From the IMG/VR virus record IMGVR_UViG_3300047552_000023: a stretch of DNA of 34,305 nt, one strand, 5' to 3'. A program made the position numbers and the translations under genes. The notes beneath the pieces are model-generated. The model ran no database searches. It saw nothing but the letters and a program-made list of their open reading frames with translations, and was not told the origin of the DNA. Numbering within the stretch: position 1 is the stretch's first letter; every line of letters begins with the position of its first letter. This document shows, in pieces, positions 7,886 through 16,360 of this stretch. This DNA comes from a virus.

Positions 7886-9190
7886 ATGGCACTTTTAGAC
7901 TTTTACGGCGAAACGCCTTCATACCTTGGTGGCTTGCTAGGCTCTGACGAACTAAAGCGTTTGCAAGAGCAAGCTCAAAGCCAATCAAATCTAGGCATGG
8001 CTACTGCGCTGCTTCAGGCTGGCGCTCCAAGCCGTACACCTGGCGGTGGCGCTTTGGCTATTGCTCAAGGCTTGCAAGCTGGTCAACAGCTCTACAAACA
8101 GGCTTTGAACCAAGGTCTGCAAGAGAAAATGGCTGCAATGCAAGTCGGTGAAATGATGCGAAAGCAACAAGAAGCAGAGGCAGTGCGCCGTTTCTTGCCT
8201 AGTTTGATTCAGCCTGGTGCTGTTACGACAACACCAGAGCAACTGACAATGTACGGTCAGCCAACTCAAGGCGTTGTGCGCGATGACGAAGGTAACTTGA
8301 TGCCTGGCGCTGGTTTTATTCCTGCAACTAGAACACAAGCTCCTAGCACGATCAATCGTGAGGCTTTGCAACGTTTGGCTTTGGTTTCTCCTGAGACTTA
8401 TGCAAAGTACAAACCTGAGTACAAAGAAGTAAATGGTCAATTGGTTGAGATTTCGCCATTAGGCGGAATCACAACTGTTGCAGGTCAAGCAAAAGAGGAT
8501 TTGGCTGGCCCTGTTAAGCAGGCAATGCAAGTGCTTGGTATCACAAAGCCATTTGCTGAAGTAACTCCACAAGAGCGTTCAATGATTGGAAACTACATTG
8601 ACCGTCAAGAATCTTTGAAAGCTCCAAAGGTTGCTGTTGACTTGAAAGACCCGACAGCAGTTGCCAAGGCTCAAGCTGATTTGCTCAAAGATTGGCGCAG
8701 TGTTGTAAAAGACAGCGGTGCAACTGAAATTGCAAACCGTTTTGTTTCTCTTGGCGCTGCCATGAATGAAGCAAACAAAGGCAATAAAGCTGCTGACGGT
8801 GCAATCATCTACAACATCGGCAAGATTTATGACCCATCTGGCGCTGTGCAAGAAGGCGACAAAAACACAATTCTTGGCAATCGCTCAATTCCTAACGAGG
8901 TCAAGGCATACGCTCAGAAGGTGTTTGAAGGCGGTTCGTTGTTGCCTCAAGAGCGTCAAGGTCTGTATTCTGTTGCTGGTGCAATGGTTAAGCAACGTCA
9001 GAAACAATTGCAAGCAGATCAAGCAAACTACAAATCATTGGCTACTCAATTGGGTGGCACAGGTGATTTCATCAAAGACCCATTTGCAGATGTTTTTAGT
9101 CCTAAAGTTGAACAGAATCCTGTTCTTGATTTAGGTACTGCATCAGCACAAGCCGCTGAAATCCTCAGAAAACGCCGAGGTGGTCAATGA
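7886..9190 (+). CDS. Internal virion/ejection-type protein
   Basis: 434 aa with an AGGA RBS. Called on synteny with the neighbouring core-protein genes. I recognised no catalytic motif. Confidence 0.45.
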   Translation: MALLDFYGETPSYLGGLLGSDELKRLQEQAQSQSNLGMATALLQAGAPSRTPGGGALAIAQGLQAGQQLYKQALNQGLQEKMAAMQVGEMMRKQQEAEAVRRFLPSLIQPGAVTTTPEQLTMYGQPTQGVVRDDEGNLMPGAGFIPATRTQAPSTINREALQRLALVSPETYAKYKPEYKEVNGQLVEISPLGGITTVAGQAKEDLAGPVKQAMQVLGITKPFAEVTPQERSMIGNYIDRQESLKAPKVAVDLKDPTAVAKAQADLLKDWRSVVKDSGATEIANRFVSLGAAMNEANKGNKAADGAIIYNIGKIYDPSGAVQEGDKNTILGNRSIPNEVKAYAQKVFEGGSLLPQERQGLYSVAGAMVKQRQKQLQADQANYKSLATQLGGTGDFIKDPFADVFSPKVEQNPVLDLGTASAQAAEILRKRRGGQ

Positions 9191-11208
9191 ACCCAGATTT
9201 AACACTGCTATCTGACAAAGATTTAGAGGCTCTTTCTTCAGGAAAGATTGAGCTAATGTCTGACGCTGGATTGGCAATTCTTGCTGGTGAACAGCCAAAG
9301 GTTGCCGCTCCTAAGAAGATGACGGCAAAAGAAGAAGTGCAATCTGCTTTTGGATTTGATAAACCAAAGCCTCAAACTCAATCGGCTGGCGATCTTCTGC
9401 GTAATCTTGGGCTGACTGCTCGAGGTGCTTTAACTGGTGCTGCATCGTTGCCAGCCATGATTGCTGACGTTCCTGCAAGCCTTGTTAATCTTGCTGCTGG
9501 TCGTCAAATCTACAAGCCACAAGCAGAGGCTTTTGGTGATTTCTTGTCTTCTTTAGGCGCTCCAAAGGCTGAAACTCCAGCAGAACGCTTAATGACTGAA
9601 TCCGCTGCCGCCATTGGTGGTGTTGTTGCTCCTGCTGGAGTCGCTCAGAAAATTATTAGTTCTGCAATACCAACTGGATTGCTACCTGCCGCAGAAAAAG
9701 GCGTTTCACAAGCTGTATCAAGTGGGGCGGTAAGAGATTTCCTCGCAACAGGAAAGCCAATCACAGGTTATCAATTTGTTTCTAATGCGCCTGCAAGCAT
9801 TGCATATCCGACAATGATTGCTGAAAACGTGCCAGCTCAAATTGCTGCTGCTACTGGTGGTGCATTGGCTGGTGGTGCTGCGCGTGAAAGCGATGCAAAC
9901 CCATTGATGCAATTGATTGCTAGTATCGGTGGCGCTGCAACTCCAGCAGGCGCAATGGCTCTTGGCCCTGCTACTGTTAGAGCTGCAAAAGAGGTTGTTC
10001 GACCTGGCACTCAGGCTGGTCGTGAAGCTATTGCAGGCGGTGTGTTGCGTCAGTTGTCGCGTGAGCCTGAAACTGCAATTAAGGCGATGGAAGGTTATCA
10101 AGCTCCTGTTTCTGGTTACACCCCAACAGCAGCCCAAGCAAGCCGTGACGTTGGTTTGATTGCTGCTGAAACACCTATCCGAGCATTGGATGTAACTGGT
10201 AAATTTGGCGCTCAAGCATCTCAGGCAAATCAGGCTCGTATGGCAATCCTAGACCGTTTGGCCAAGGATAAACAAGCATTGGAATTTGCTGTTACAAAGC
10301 GTGATGATGTGTCAGACCCATTGCGTGAAGCGGCATTTGCCAAGTCAACAGTAAGTCCAGAAACTTTCCAATCTGCTGTCAATCTGACTGTAAATCAAAC
10401 AATTGATGACATTCTTGGTTCTAGTGCTGGCGCTCGTTCTACTGTTGAAAATACGATGAATTGGGCAAAAGAACAGATCAAGCGTGGCACTACTCCAGAG
10501 CGTCTATATGAGGTTCGCAAAGACTTGCGTGATGCTTCTCAAGGTCGTTTGGATAAAGATGGGGCGGCTTACAGCTTGGCAAAAGGTCAATTGGAACAAG
10601 TCATTAGATCAATTGATGATGCAATTGACGCTGCTGCACCTGGCTACAAAGACTATCTTAAAAAATACGCTCAATCTAGCAAGGGAATTGAGAAACTTGA
10701 AGCGGCACAAGAGTTCCGTGGGAAAGTTCTTTCAACTACGCCAGACCCTTCGCGCATTGGCGACTACATGATTTCACAGCCTTCATTCACACGCGCAATT
10801 CGTAATGCTGAAAAAGAGACTAATCTTTCAAACACTCAATTGGCTGTTTTGAAGAAAGTCGCTCAAGACTTGGATTCTGGCGTGTTGAATCGTGCGGTTA
10901 AGACACCTGGCTCTGATACATTCAAGAATCTAAGCACAGCAAATATCATTGGCGCTTTCATTGGAAAACAAATGTTTGGTGAAGTTCCAGCAGCAGTGAA
11001 TAAAGTTGCTGCGCCTTTGAATTGGCTCTATAACGGCACAGACGATCAGATTCGTGAGTTGTTGGTAGATGCCATGCTTGACCCGAAACTTGCGTCTAAA
11101 CTGATGACTAAGGCATCTGTCGTGAGTGTTGAGCCACTTAGCAAAGAACTTCAACGCAAAGCCATTGCCGCTGGTTATGGCGCTTCATTTGGATTAACGG
11201 AGAAATAA
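9187..11208 (+). CDS. Internal virion/ejection-type protein (largest, 673 aa)
   Basis: ATGA overlap with the upstream gene. It has an Ala/Gly-rich N-terminal third and a helical C-terminal part. It is the largest ORF in the tail region but is not tape-measure-like. Confidence 0.45.
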   Translation: MNPDLTLLSDKDLEALSSGKIELMSDAGLAILAGEQPKVAAPKKMTAKEEVQSAFGFDKPKPQTQSAGDLLRNLGLTARGALTGAASLPAMIADVPASLVNLAAGRQIYKPQAEAFGDFLSSLGAPKAETPAERLMTESAAAIGGVVAPAGVAQKIISSAIPTGLLPAAEKGVSQAVSSGAVRDFLATGKPITGYQFVSNAPASIAYPTMIAENVPAQIAAATGGALAGGAARESDANPLMQLIASIGGAATPAGAMALGPATVRAAKEVVRPGTQAGREAIAGGVLRQLSREPETAIKAMEGYQAPVSGYTPTAAQASRDVGLIAAETPIRALDVTGKFGAQASQANQARMAILDRLAKDKQALEFAVTKRDDVSDPLREAAFAKSTVSPETFQSAVNLTVNQTIDDILGSSAGARSTVENTMNWAKEQIKRGTTPERLYEVRKDLRDASQGRLDKDGAAYSLAKGQLEQVIRSIDDAIDAAAPGYKDYLKKYAQSSKGIEKLEAAQEFRGKVLSTTPDPSRIGDYMISQPSFTRAIRNAEKETNLSNTQLAVLKKVAQDLDSGVLNRAVKTPGSDTFKNLSTANIIGAFIGKQMFGEVPAAVNKVAAPLNWLYNGTDDQIRELLVDAMLDPKLASKLMTKASVVSVEPLSKELQRKAIAAGYGASFGLTEK

Positions 11209-11210
11209 GA

Positions 11211-12281
11211 ATGTCAAAAGACAAAATCAGCGATTACAGCGCAACAGCAAATTCCAATACGGACATTGCTGGCATTAACATTGACGAAGGATGTGCGCCA
11301 AGTGGCATTAACAACGCCATTCGTACATTGATGAAGCAGTTGAAAGACTGGCAATCAGGCTCGCAAGACGTTTACATCACACCTGCTGGTAGCGTTTCTG
11401 CTCCTGCTGTAACTACTACTGGCGACACTAACACTGGTGTTTATTTCCCTGCTGCTGACAAAGTTGCTATTGCAACTGGTGGAACTCAGGCTGTTATTGT
11501 TGACTCGTCACAGAACGTAGGTATTGGTACGAGTTCTCCCTCGGTTAAATTGCACGTAAAAGGCGGTAACAACAATACTGCATATTTAGATAATGATGGA
11601 AGTCAATATACAACTTCGTTTTTACTAAACAATGGAACAGGTAAAGCGTATTGGTCTTGGGATAACACTAATGCTGCTGTTATTTTGGGTTCTGATACAG
11701 CAAGTTCTTTGTTGACTTTTAAAACGGCTGGCTCAGAACGTATGCGTATCGACTCCAGCGGTAACTTGCTGGTGGGGGCTGCAAGCTCGGCAGGTGCTTA
11801 TAAAGTTCAGATTTACAGCACAAACCTTGCAACGACCACAAACGGTGTTCTTGTAACCAACGGGGCAAACTCAACAGGTGGTTATTTCCATGCGTTTCAA
11901 AACTATGTTGGAACAATCATTGGTTCTATCTCTCAAGCTACTTCAACAACAGTCAACTATGCAACGTCTTCTGACTATCGGCTAAAAGAAAACGTGCAAC
12001 CGATGACAGGTGCGTTGGCTACTGTGTCACAACTCAAACCAGTAAATTACACATGGAAATTGGATGGTTCATCTGGTCAAGGCTTTATTGCTCACGAGTT
12101 GGCAGAGGTGTTTCCAGAGGCGGTTGTTGGCGAAAAAGATGCCGTGGATGAAAAAGGCAACCCAAAATATCAAGGTATTGACACTAGCTTCTTGGTCGCA
12201 ACTCTGACAGCCGCTATTCAGGAGCAACAAGCCATCATCACATCTTTGACAGCCCGTATTGAAGCATTGGAGAACAAATGA
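11211..12281 (+). CDS. Tail fibre with C-terminal peptidase-S74 intramolecular chaperone domain
   Basis: 356 aa with a GGAG RBS. The C-terminus SSDYRLKENVQPM...LKPVNYTWK...GFIAHELAEVFPEAV...YQGIDTSFLVATLTAAIQEQQ matches the self-cleaving S74 chaperone motif (SDxRLK). Confidence 0.8.
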   Translation: MSKDKISDYSATANSNTDIAGINIDEGCAPSGINNAIRTLMKQLKDWQSGSQDVYITPAGSVSAPAVTTTGDTNTGVYFPAADKVAIATGGTQAVIVDSSQNVGIGTSSPSVKLHVKGGNNNTAYLDNDGSQYTTSFLLNNGTGKAYWSWDNTNAAVILGSDTASSLLTFKTAGSERMRIDSSGNLLVGAASSAGAYKVQIYSTNLATTTNGVLVTNGANSTGGYFHAFQNYVGTIIGSISQATSTTVNYATSSDYRLKENVQPMTGALATVSQLKPVNYTWKLDGSSGQGFIAHELAEVFPEAVVGEKDAVDEKGNPKYQGIDTSFLVATLTAAIQEQQAIITSLTARIEALENK

Positions 12282-12577
12282 CCATCGAATTCAAAATTGC
12301 TCAACTTGAGCGTCAAACATCTGATGGTTTTGTGACCACAGTTCATTGGACTGCTTCTAAGACCGAAGGTGAGAACACTGTTGGCTCTTATGGAGCAGTT
12401 GGTTTCACTCAAGAAGACGGTGTAAACCTGATTCCATTTGCTGACCTGACTGAAGCAGTCGTAATTGATTGGGTCAAAGAGAAGCTAGACGTTGAAGCTA
12501 TGGAAACAGGCTTTGACGCTCAACTGGCTGAACTTGCATCTCCTTCTAAAGCCTCTGGTTTGCCTTGGGGTGAGTAA
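12278..12577 (+). CDS. Hypothetical protein (99 aa) downstream of the tail fibre
   Basis: ATGA overlap upstream and TAATG overlap downstream. I recognised no motif. Confidence 0.5.
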   Translation: MTIEFKIAQLERQTSDGFVTTVHWTASKTEGENTVGSYGAVGFTQEDGVNLIPFADLTEAVVIDWVKEKLDVEAMETGFDAQLAELASPSKASGLPWGE

Positions 12578-12780
12578 TGGCAACAGTTGATGCAACAGAT
12601 GCTCGTTTAAGTACGCATGAAGAAGTTTGTGCGCTTAGATACGAGAGCATAAATAAGTCTTTAGCACATGGCGAGCAGCGTATGACCAAGATTGAATATC
12701 TGCTCTATGCTGTAATTGCTGCTGTGTTGCTTGGCCCTGGTGCGGCGGCTGAGTTCTTTAAGAAACTTCTAGGAATCTAG
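12577..12780 (+). CDS. Small tail-anchored membrane protein (holin/antiholin candidate)
   Basis: 67 aa with a single C-terminal TM (YLLYAVIAAVLLGPGAAA). It lies in the lysis-proximal block. Confidence 0.5.
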   Translation: MATVDATDARLSTHEEVCALRYESINKSLAHGEQRMTKIEYLLYAVIAAVLLGPGAAAEFFKKLLGI

Positions 12781-12803
12781 CCATTGACCCGATTTCGCTT
12801 CTC

Positions 12804-13535
12804 ATGGCAGCACAAGCAGCAGTTGCGGCAGTCCGCAAAGGCTGTGAAATGCTGTCTGAGGGGAAAGCGGAGATCAGCAAACTCAAATCAACCGTAGAGA
12901 AGGGTATTGGTGATGCCAAAGCAATCTACAAAGAGGTCACGGGTTTATGGTCGTGGATTCTTGGATTATTTGGCAAGCAAGAAAAGAAGCCAGTTGCTAT
13001 TGCTGAACCCGTTAAGACTGACAAGGTTATCGAAGTTACTCGAAAAACCAGTAAACCTGCTAAACAAGAACTCAGTTACGAGGAATATCAAACACAAGCC
13101 ATTCATCAGGTTTGCGAGCAACTGAAAACATTTTTTGAGATTCGCAGGAATCTAAAAGCACACTGTCTTGAGTTGGAAGAAATCTCCAAAACGACAACGA
13201 CAATTGAAGACAGTGCGATTGACAGGGTGGAAATCGAGCTTCAGCTTGAAAACATGACTGTACAAATCAGGGAAGCGATGGTTTATGCGCCGAAAGAATT
13301 GAGGGCGATTTACAGTCGATTTCTTGAGATGTACGACCTAATCCTTGAAGAACAAGAGTTTGCAAGGCAACTCAAACGGAAGAACGAAAGAGATGCTAAA
13401 TGGCAACGCGAACTCCTACGCAATCACAGGGTAGATCGGGCGGTGGTGTCGGCTCTGGTCTTTCTGCTAGTTCTGTGGATGTGGGGGTTCATGCTGTCGC
13501 TAGGATGGCTCGTGAAGACACGCGCTGGTTCGTAG
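12804..13535 (+). CDS. Coiled-coil protein with C-terminal TM segment
   Basis: 243 aa. It has a long charged helical region, then AVVSALVFLLVLWMWGFMLSLGWLV. The start is uncertain: ATG 12804 has no SD, while ATG 12849 has AAAGG upstream. Confidence 0.5.
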   Translation: MAAQAAVAAVRKGCEMLSEGKAEISKLKSTVEKGIGDAKAIYKEVTGLWSWILGLFGKQEKKPVAIAEPVKTDKVIEVTRKTSKPAKQELSYEEYQTQAIHQVCEQLKTFFEIRRNLKAHCLELEEISKTTTTIEDSAIDRVEIELQLENMTVQIREAMVYAPKELRAIYSRFLEMYDLILEEQEFARQLKRKNERDAKWQRELLRNHRVDRAVVSALVFLLVLWMWGFMLSLGWLVKTRAGS

Positions 13536-13685
13536 TTGGTGTTGTCACGCTCTCGATTGTGTTGTTTTTGGCTTTGCCAGTGTCAATGTTGGTCGTGATT
13601 GACTACATGAAACTCAGAGCTGAAATGCAATATGAGATTAGACAATCGAAAAAACTTAATGGTGAACTAAGGAAGGAAATATCAA

Positions 13686-14171
13686 ATGTTGCCAATAGTC
13701 GCTGGAATCGTAGCGAACCTAATCAACAACGGGATGCACAAGGTAGCAGACCAAGTGATTGAGAAGGGCGTTGATGCTGTACAACAAAAGCTAGGTATGG
13801 AGCTAAAGCCAGAAGGCGAAGCAACTCCTGAGTACAACGCCAAGCTCCAAGAGGAAGCCAACCGTCACAGCGAGTTCATGGCGACTCTTGATGAGAAGTC
13901 AACACAACGCGCCACAGATATGTATATGAACGATGAAGGCACACGCAAGTTTAGTCAGGCATACGCTTGGTTCATAACATCTGTTTCGTTTCTTTACTTC
14001 TTCTTGGTGTCTTTCATGCCAATTGAGAACCGTAACCGAGACTTCATCAACATCATTTTGGGTTTCTTGATTGGTACAGCGGTTAACTCGCTAATCAGAT
14101 TCTTCTACGGCTCAAGCAACAAAGCTCAAGAGGATGTGGACAAGAAGCAGAAAGAGCAGGCAGATAAATGA
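13686..14171 (+). CDS. Holin candidate
   Basis: 161 aa with an AAGGAAGGA RBS and two clear TM segments (WFITSVSFLYFFLVSFMPI, FINIILGFLIGTAVNSLIRFF). An ATGA overlap couples it to the endolysin. It resembles the GTA-type 3-TM holin family, as I recall it. Confidence 0.6.
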   Translation: MLPIVAGIVANLINNGMHKVADQVIEKGVDAVQQKLGMELKPEGEATPEYNAKLQEEANRHSEFMATLDEKSTQRATDMYMNDEGTRKFSQAYAWFITSVSFLYFFLVSFMPIENRNRDFINIILGFLIGTAVNSLIRFFYGSSNKAQEDVDKKQKEQADK

Positions 14172-14818
14172 CACCAACCATCGAACACCTGAAAGCCGCC
14201 AAGGTTAAGAGCCCTGAGAAGTGGATTGATGCTGTCGTTGCTACCTGTCAAGAATTTGAAATTAACACGCCTCAGAGGATTGCTTCGTTTTTGGCGCAGA
14301 CTTCGCACGAATCTGGCGGATATACAATGCTTTCCGAGAATCTTAACTATCGTGCCGCGACTCTTGCTGCTTGTTGGCCTAATCGTTTTGCTGTGCTTGG
14401 CTCGGACAAGAAGCCCATTAAAGAAAACGGCAAACTAGTTCCTACGGCTGTTGCAAACAGCATAGCTGGCAAGCCTGAACTTATCGCAAACTTGGTTTAC
14501 AGCGGTCGTATGGGCAACGGCCCTGCTGAATCTGGTGAAGGGTGGGCGTTCCGAGGCCGAGGTCTGAAGCAATTGACGGGCAAATTTAATTACACCAAAT
14601 GCTCTGAAGGGCTTGGCGTTGATCTAGTGGCTAACCCTGATTTGTTGCTTCAGCCTATCTATGCGGCAAGAAGTGCAGGATGGTTTTACAAGACAAACAA
14701 TCTTTCGTCATTTGCAGACGTTGGCGACATTAAGGGAATGACCAAGAAGATCAATGGCGGCTTCATTGGCTTAGAGCAGCGGCAGGCTCTGTACGATGCC
14801 TGTTTAAAAGCGTTCTAA
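14168..14818 (+). CDS. Endolysin, glycoside hydrolase family 19 (chitinase-like)
   Basis: 216 aa. It carries FLAQTSHESGGY, YSGRMGNGPAESGEGWAFRGRGLKQLTG and KKINGG, all classic GH19 endolysin motifs. Confidence 0.85.
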   Translation: MTPTIEHLKAAKVKSPEKWIDAVVATCQEFEINTPQRIASFLAQTSHESGGYTMLSENLNYRAATLAACWPNRFAVLGSDKKPIKENGKLVPTAVANSIAGKPELIANLVYSGRMGNGPAESGEGWAFRGRGLKQLTGKFNYTKCSEGLGVDLVANPDLLLQPIYAARSAGWFYKTNNLSSFADVGDIKGMTKKINGGFIGLEQRQALYDACLKAF

Positions 14819-14916
14819 TCATTGGCGCATAGGATTGCAATGACAACCACAAACACTGAGATAAACATCACAGTCCCAAGCGACAGAATCGAAAGAATGA
14901 TTGTGATGTTATCCAT
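14815..14916 (-). CDS. 33-aa hydrophobic microprotein (below the ORF-track cutoff)
   Basis: Hand translation gives MDNITIILSILSLGTVMFISVFVVVIAILCAND, a single TM. The ATG overlaps the upstream stop by 8 nt (ATGGATAA). Its stop overlaps the endolysin stop on the other strand. Confidence 0.4.
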   Translation of the reverse strand: MDNITIILSILSLGTVMFISVFVVVIAILCAND

Positions 14917-15109
14917 GCTTGTGTTCCCTTGCTTCACCTAAAGTTTGAAAATACTCATCACAGCGGTTGCAACGCCAGAGCCTTTGCTCTCTGACAGTTG
15001 CAAGCCGTTGTTCTCTATTTCGCCAACCCACTATTACGCGTGAATCTCCACGAAAACTTGTCACGGGTTCGATGTTGGCTGGAAGTTTTATAGTGGTTAA
15101 GTTCTTCAC
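14909..15109 (-). CDS. Small protein with C-terminal CxxC...HxH zinc-finger-like motif
   Basis: 66 aa from GTG, ending WRCNRCDEYFQTLGEAREHKHG. It overlaps the upstream ORF by 95 nt, so the true start may be the internal GTG at 15031. Confidence 0.4.
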   Translation of the reverse strand: MKNLTTIKLPANIEPVTSFRGDSRVIVGWRNREQRLATVREQRLWRCNRCDEYFQTLGEAREHKHG

Positions 15110-15257
15110 GGGCTTGAAGGAAATAGTCTAGGTTGTACTCGTTAGGAATCTTGACTATTTTATTTCCTGCTTCACGTTTTTGGTAGGGTTTCTTCTCCAC
15201 TGTCTCCCATTTCGGCCACGGGGCATTGGGTGCTAAAACTGTCTTGTACTGGTTCAT
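15015..15257 (-). CDS. Hypothetical protein (80 aa from ATG 15257)
   Basis: MNQYKTVLAPNAPWPKWETVEKK... It overlaps ORFs in other frames on both sides. Confidence 0.4.
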   Translation of the reverse strand: MNQYKTVLAPNAPWPKWETVEKKPYQKREAGNKIVKIPNEYNLDYFLQAREELNHYKTSSQHRTRDKFSWRFTRNSGLAK

Positions 15258-15345
15258 TTTTCTTCTTTCCAAAGATTATGTCGTAGTTGTCAGAATACTT
15301 CTCGTAATCTGGCATTGGTCTTGGTGCGCTGCCTTTGCCGCTCAT
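15172..15345 (-). CDS. 57-aa ORF (below the track cutoff) with YxxNYDxIFGKK motif
   Basis: Hand translation gives MSGKGSAPRPMPDYEKYSDNYDIIFGKKKNEPVQ... It has an ATGA overlap with the upstream gene. The NYDxIFGKK motif recurs in small phage proteins, as I recall. Confidence 0.4.
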   Translation of the reverse strand: MSGKGSAPRPMPDYEKYSDNYDIIFGKKKNEPVQDSFSTQCPVAEMGDSGEETLPKT

Positions 15346-15596
15346 TTAACCCCCTTTGGCATACCTGCCTTTGAATAAACAAAAAAGTCTGTGCGTTCAA
15401 TAGAAACACGCGCCTTTGTCTTTGGAAACTTGTTCAAAGACTTTGTTTCGCCAACTACGTTCTCACGGGTTGCGCGAGCCATTGAGCCGTATTTTTCCCC
15501 ATTTGCCTTGGCTGCGGCTTCTGAGCGAATTGAGGAAAGAAACTCTGGCATATACGTTGAAACGTACAGCGGTGAAAAAGCGTTAATAGTCATCAA
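15342..15596 (-). CDS. Hypothetical early protein (84 aa)
   Basis: ORF in the minus-strand early arm, coupled to the downstream ORF by ATGA. Confidence 0.55.
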   Translation of the reverse strand: MMTINAFSPLYVSTYMPEFLSSIRSEAAAKANGEKYGSMARATRENVVGETKSLNKFPKTKARVSIERTDFFVYSKAGMPKGVK

Positions 15597-15635
15597 TCAT
15601 CAAATCAATAAAAAGTGCAAAAATTATGAAGGCAG

Positions 15636-15947
15636 TCACAGCGTTTTTCCAATCTCTGCTGCTGCTCTTACGATTGCTAGGCGGGTTGCAGCGTATTGGT
15701 CATTTTCTAAATGTTCAATAGGCATTGGTGCATATATTGGATGTGAAACATTTACGCCTGTTTTCCACCATTCAATTTCAAGTTTTAACTTCACAGCCAA
15801 ACGCAGCGCATCACCATCGTCTGTTAGTGGATGCCAATTGCTAATGAAACGTTCGTCTGGTTTTGCGCCATTGCCTAGCTGCGTCATCCATTTCAATTCA
15901 ATTCCAGCCGCCTTTGCAGCCAGTTCTAGCAGTTCTTTGTCAGTCAT
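15636..15947 (-). CDS. DUF2591-like phage protein
   Basis: 103 aa. MTDKELLELAAKAAGIEL...WHPLTDDGDALRLAVKLKL matches the DUF2591 pattern as I recall it. Confidence 0.6.
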   Translation of the reverse strand: MTDKELLELAAKAAGIELKWMTQLGNGAKPDERFISNWHPLTDDGDALRLAVKLKLEIEWWKTGVNVSHPIYAPMPIEHLENDQYAATRLAIVRAAAEIGKTL

Positions 15948-16246
15948 AGCAAATCCTGTTGAACAGGTTTAAAGCGCCATTCACGTTCTCGTCTGCCACT
16001 AAGTGATTCAACTGTCTTGCCTGTCAATTCAATCAAATCCATCTTTTCTAACTCACTCAAGCGCCTTGCCACCTGATTGCTTTGCAGTCCTGTCTGTGTG
16101 GCAATGCCATCCTTACCAAGTGGGCCAAATCGTTGCAGACAAGCAACAATTACCTCTTGGTGCATCTTGGCTACGTCTTTGATTGAATCAGCCGCTTGAA
16201 AGCTGGTGATTGCGTCTGTTGCTCTTGCTCTGAAAAATTTAAACAT
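15944..16246 (-). CDS. Winged-helix (MarR/ArsR-like) DNA-binding protein
   Basis: 100 aa. DGIATQTGLQSNQVARRLSELEKMDLIELTG is a typical wHTH recognition-helix and wing layout. Confidence 0.6.
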   Translation of the reverse strand: MFKFFRARATDAITSFQAADSIKDVAKMHQEVIVACLQRFGPLGKDGIATQTGLQSNQVARRLSELEKMDLIELTGKTVESLSGRREREWRFKPVQQDLL

Positions 16247-16360
16247 ATCGGTTCCTATGCAAAATGGGTGGCTACTCGCTGCATCTGTTATGGCTGCACC
16301 GCATGAACTAAATCACTTGGTTGAGCGTTATCTAACAGCATCCGCTTTTGCCAAAATCAA

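Noticed and set aside
13400-13762. A 120-aa ORF overlapping the end of 12804-13535 and the start of the holin. A shorter version from GTG 13559 or ATG 13586 would give a TM-plus-charged-tail peptide.
   Set aside because: The first half is clearly an off-frame overlap. The short version fills the 150-nt gap but has no SD and would overlap the holin by 77 nt. I left it unannotated and mention it only under the lysis-block finding.
15391-15972. A 193-aa plus-strand ORF across the leftward early arm.
   Set aside because: It is antisense to three coupled minus-strand genes, including a recognisable DUF2591-like protein, and I saw no motif in it.
16247-16360. The 114-nt non-coding gap in the leftward arm, examined for a tRNA, small RNA, terminator or promoter.
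   Set aside because: I found no cloverleaf-compatible pairing, no stable hairpin with a T-tract, and only a weak TTGATT-N17-TGTTAG promoter-like match on the minus strand. That is not enough to call a feature.
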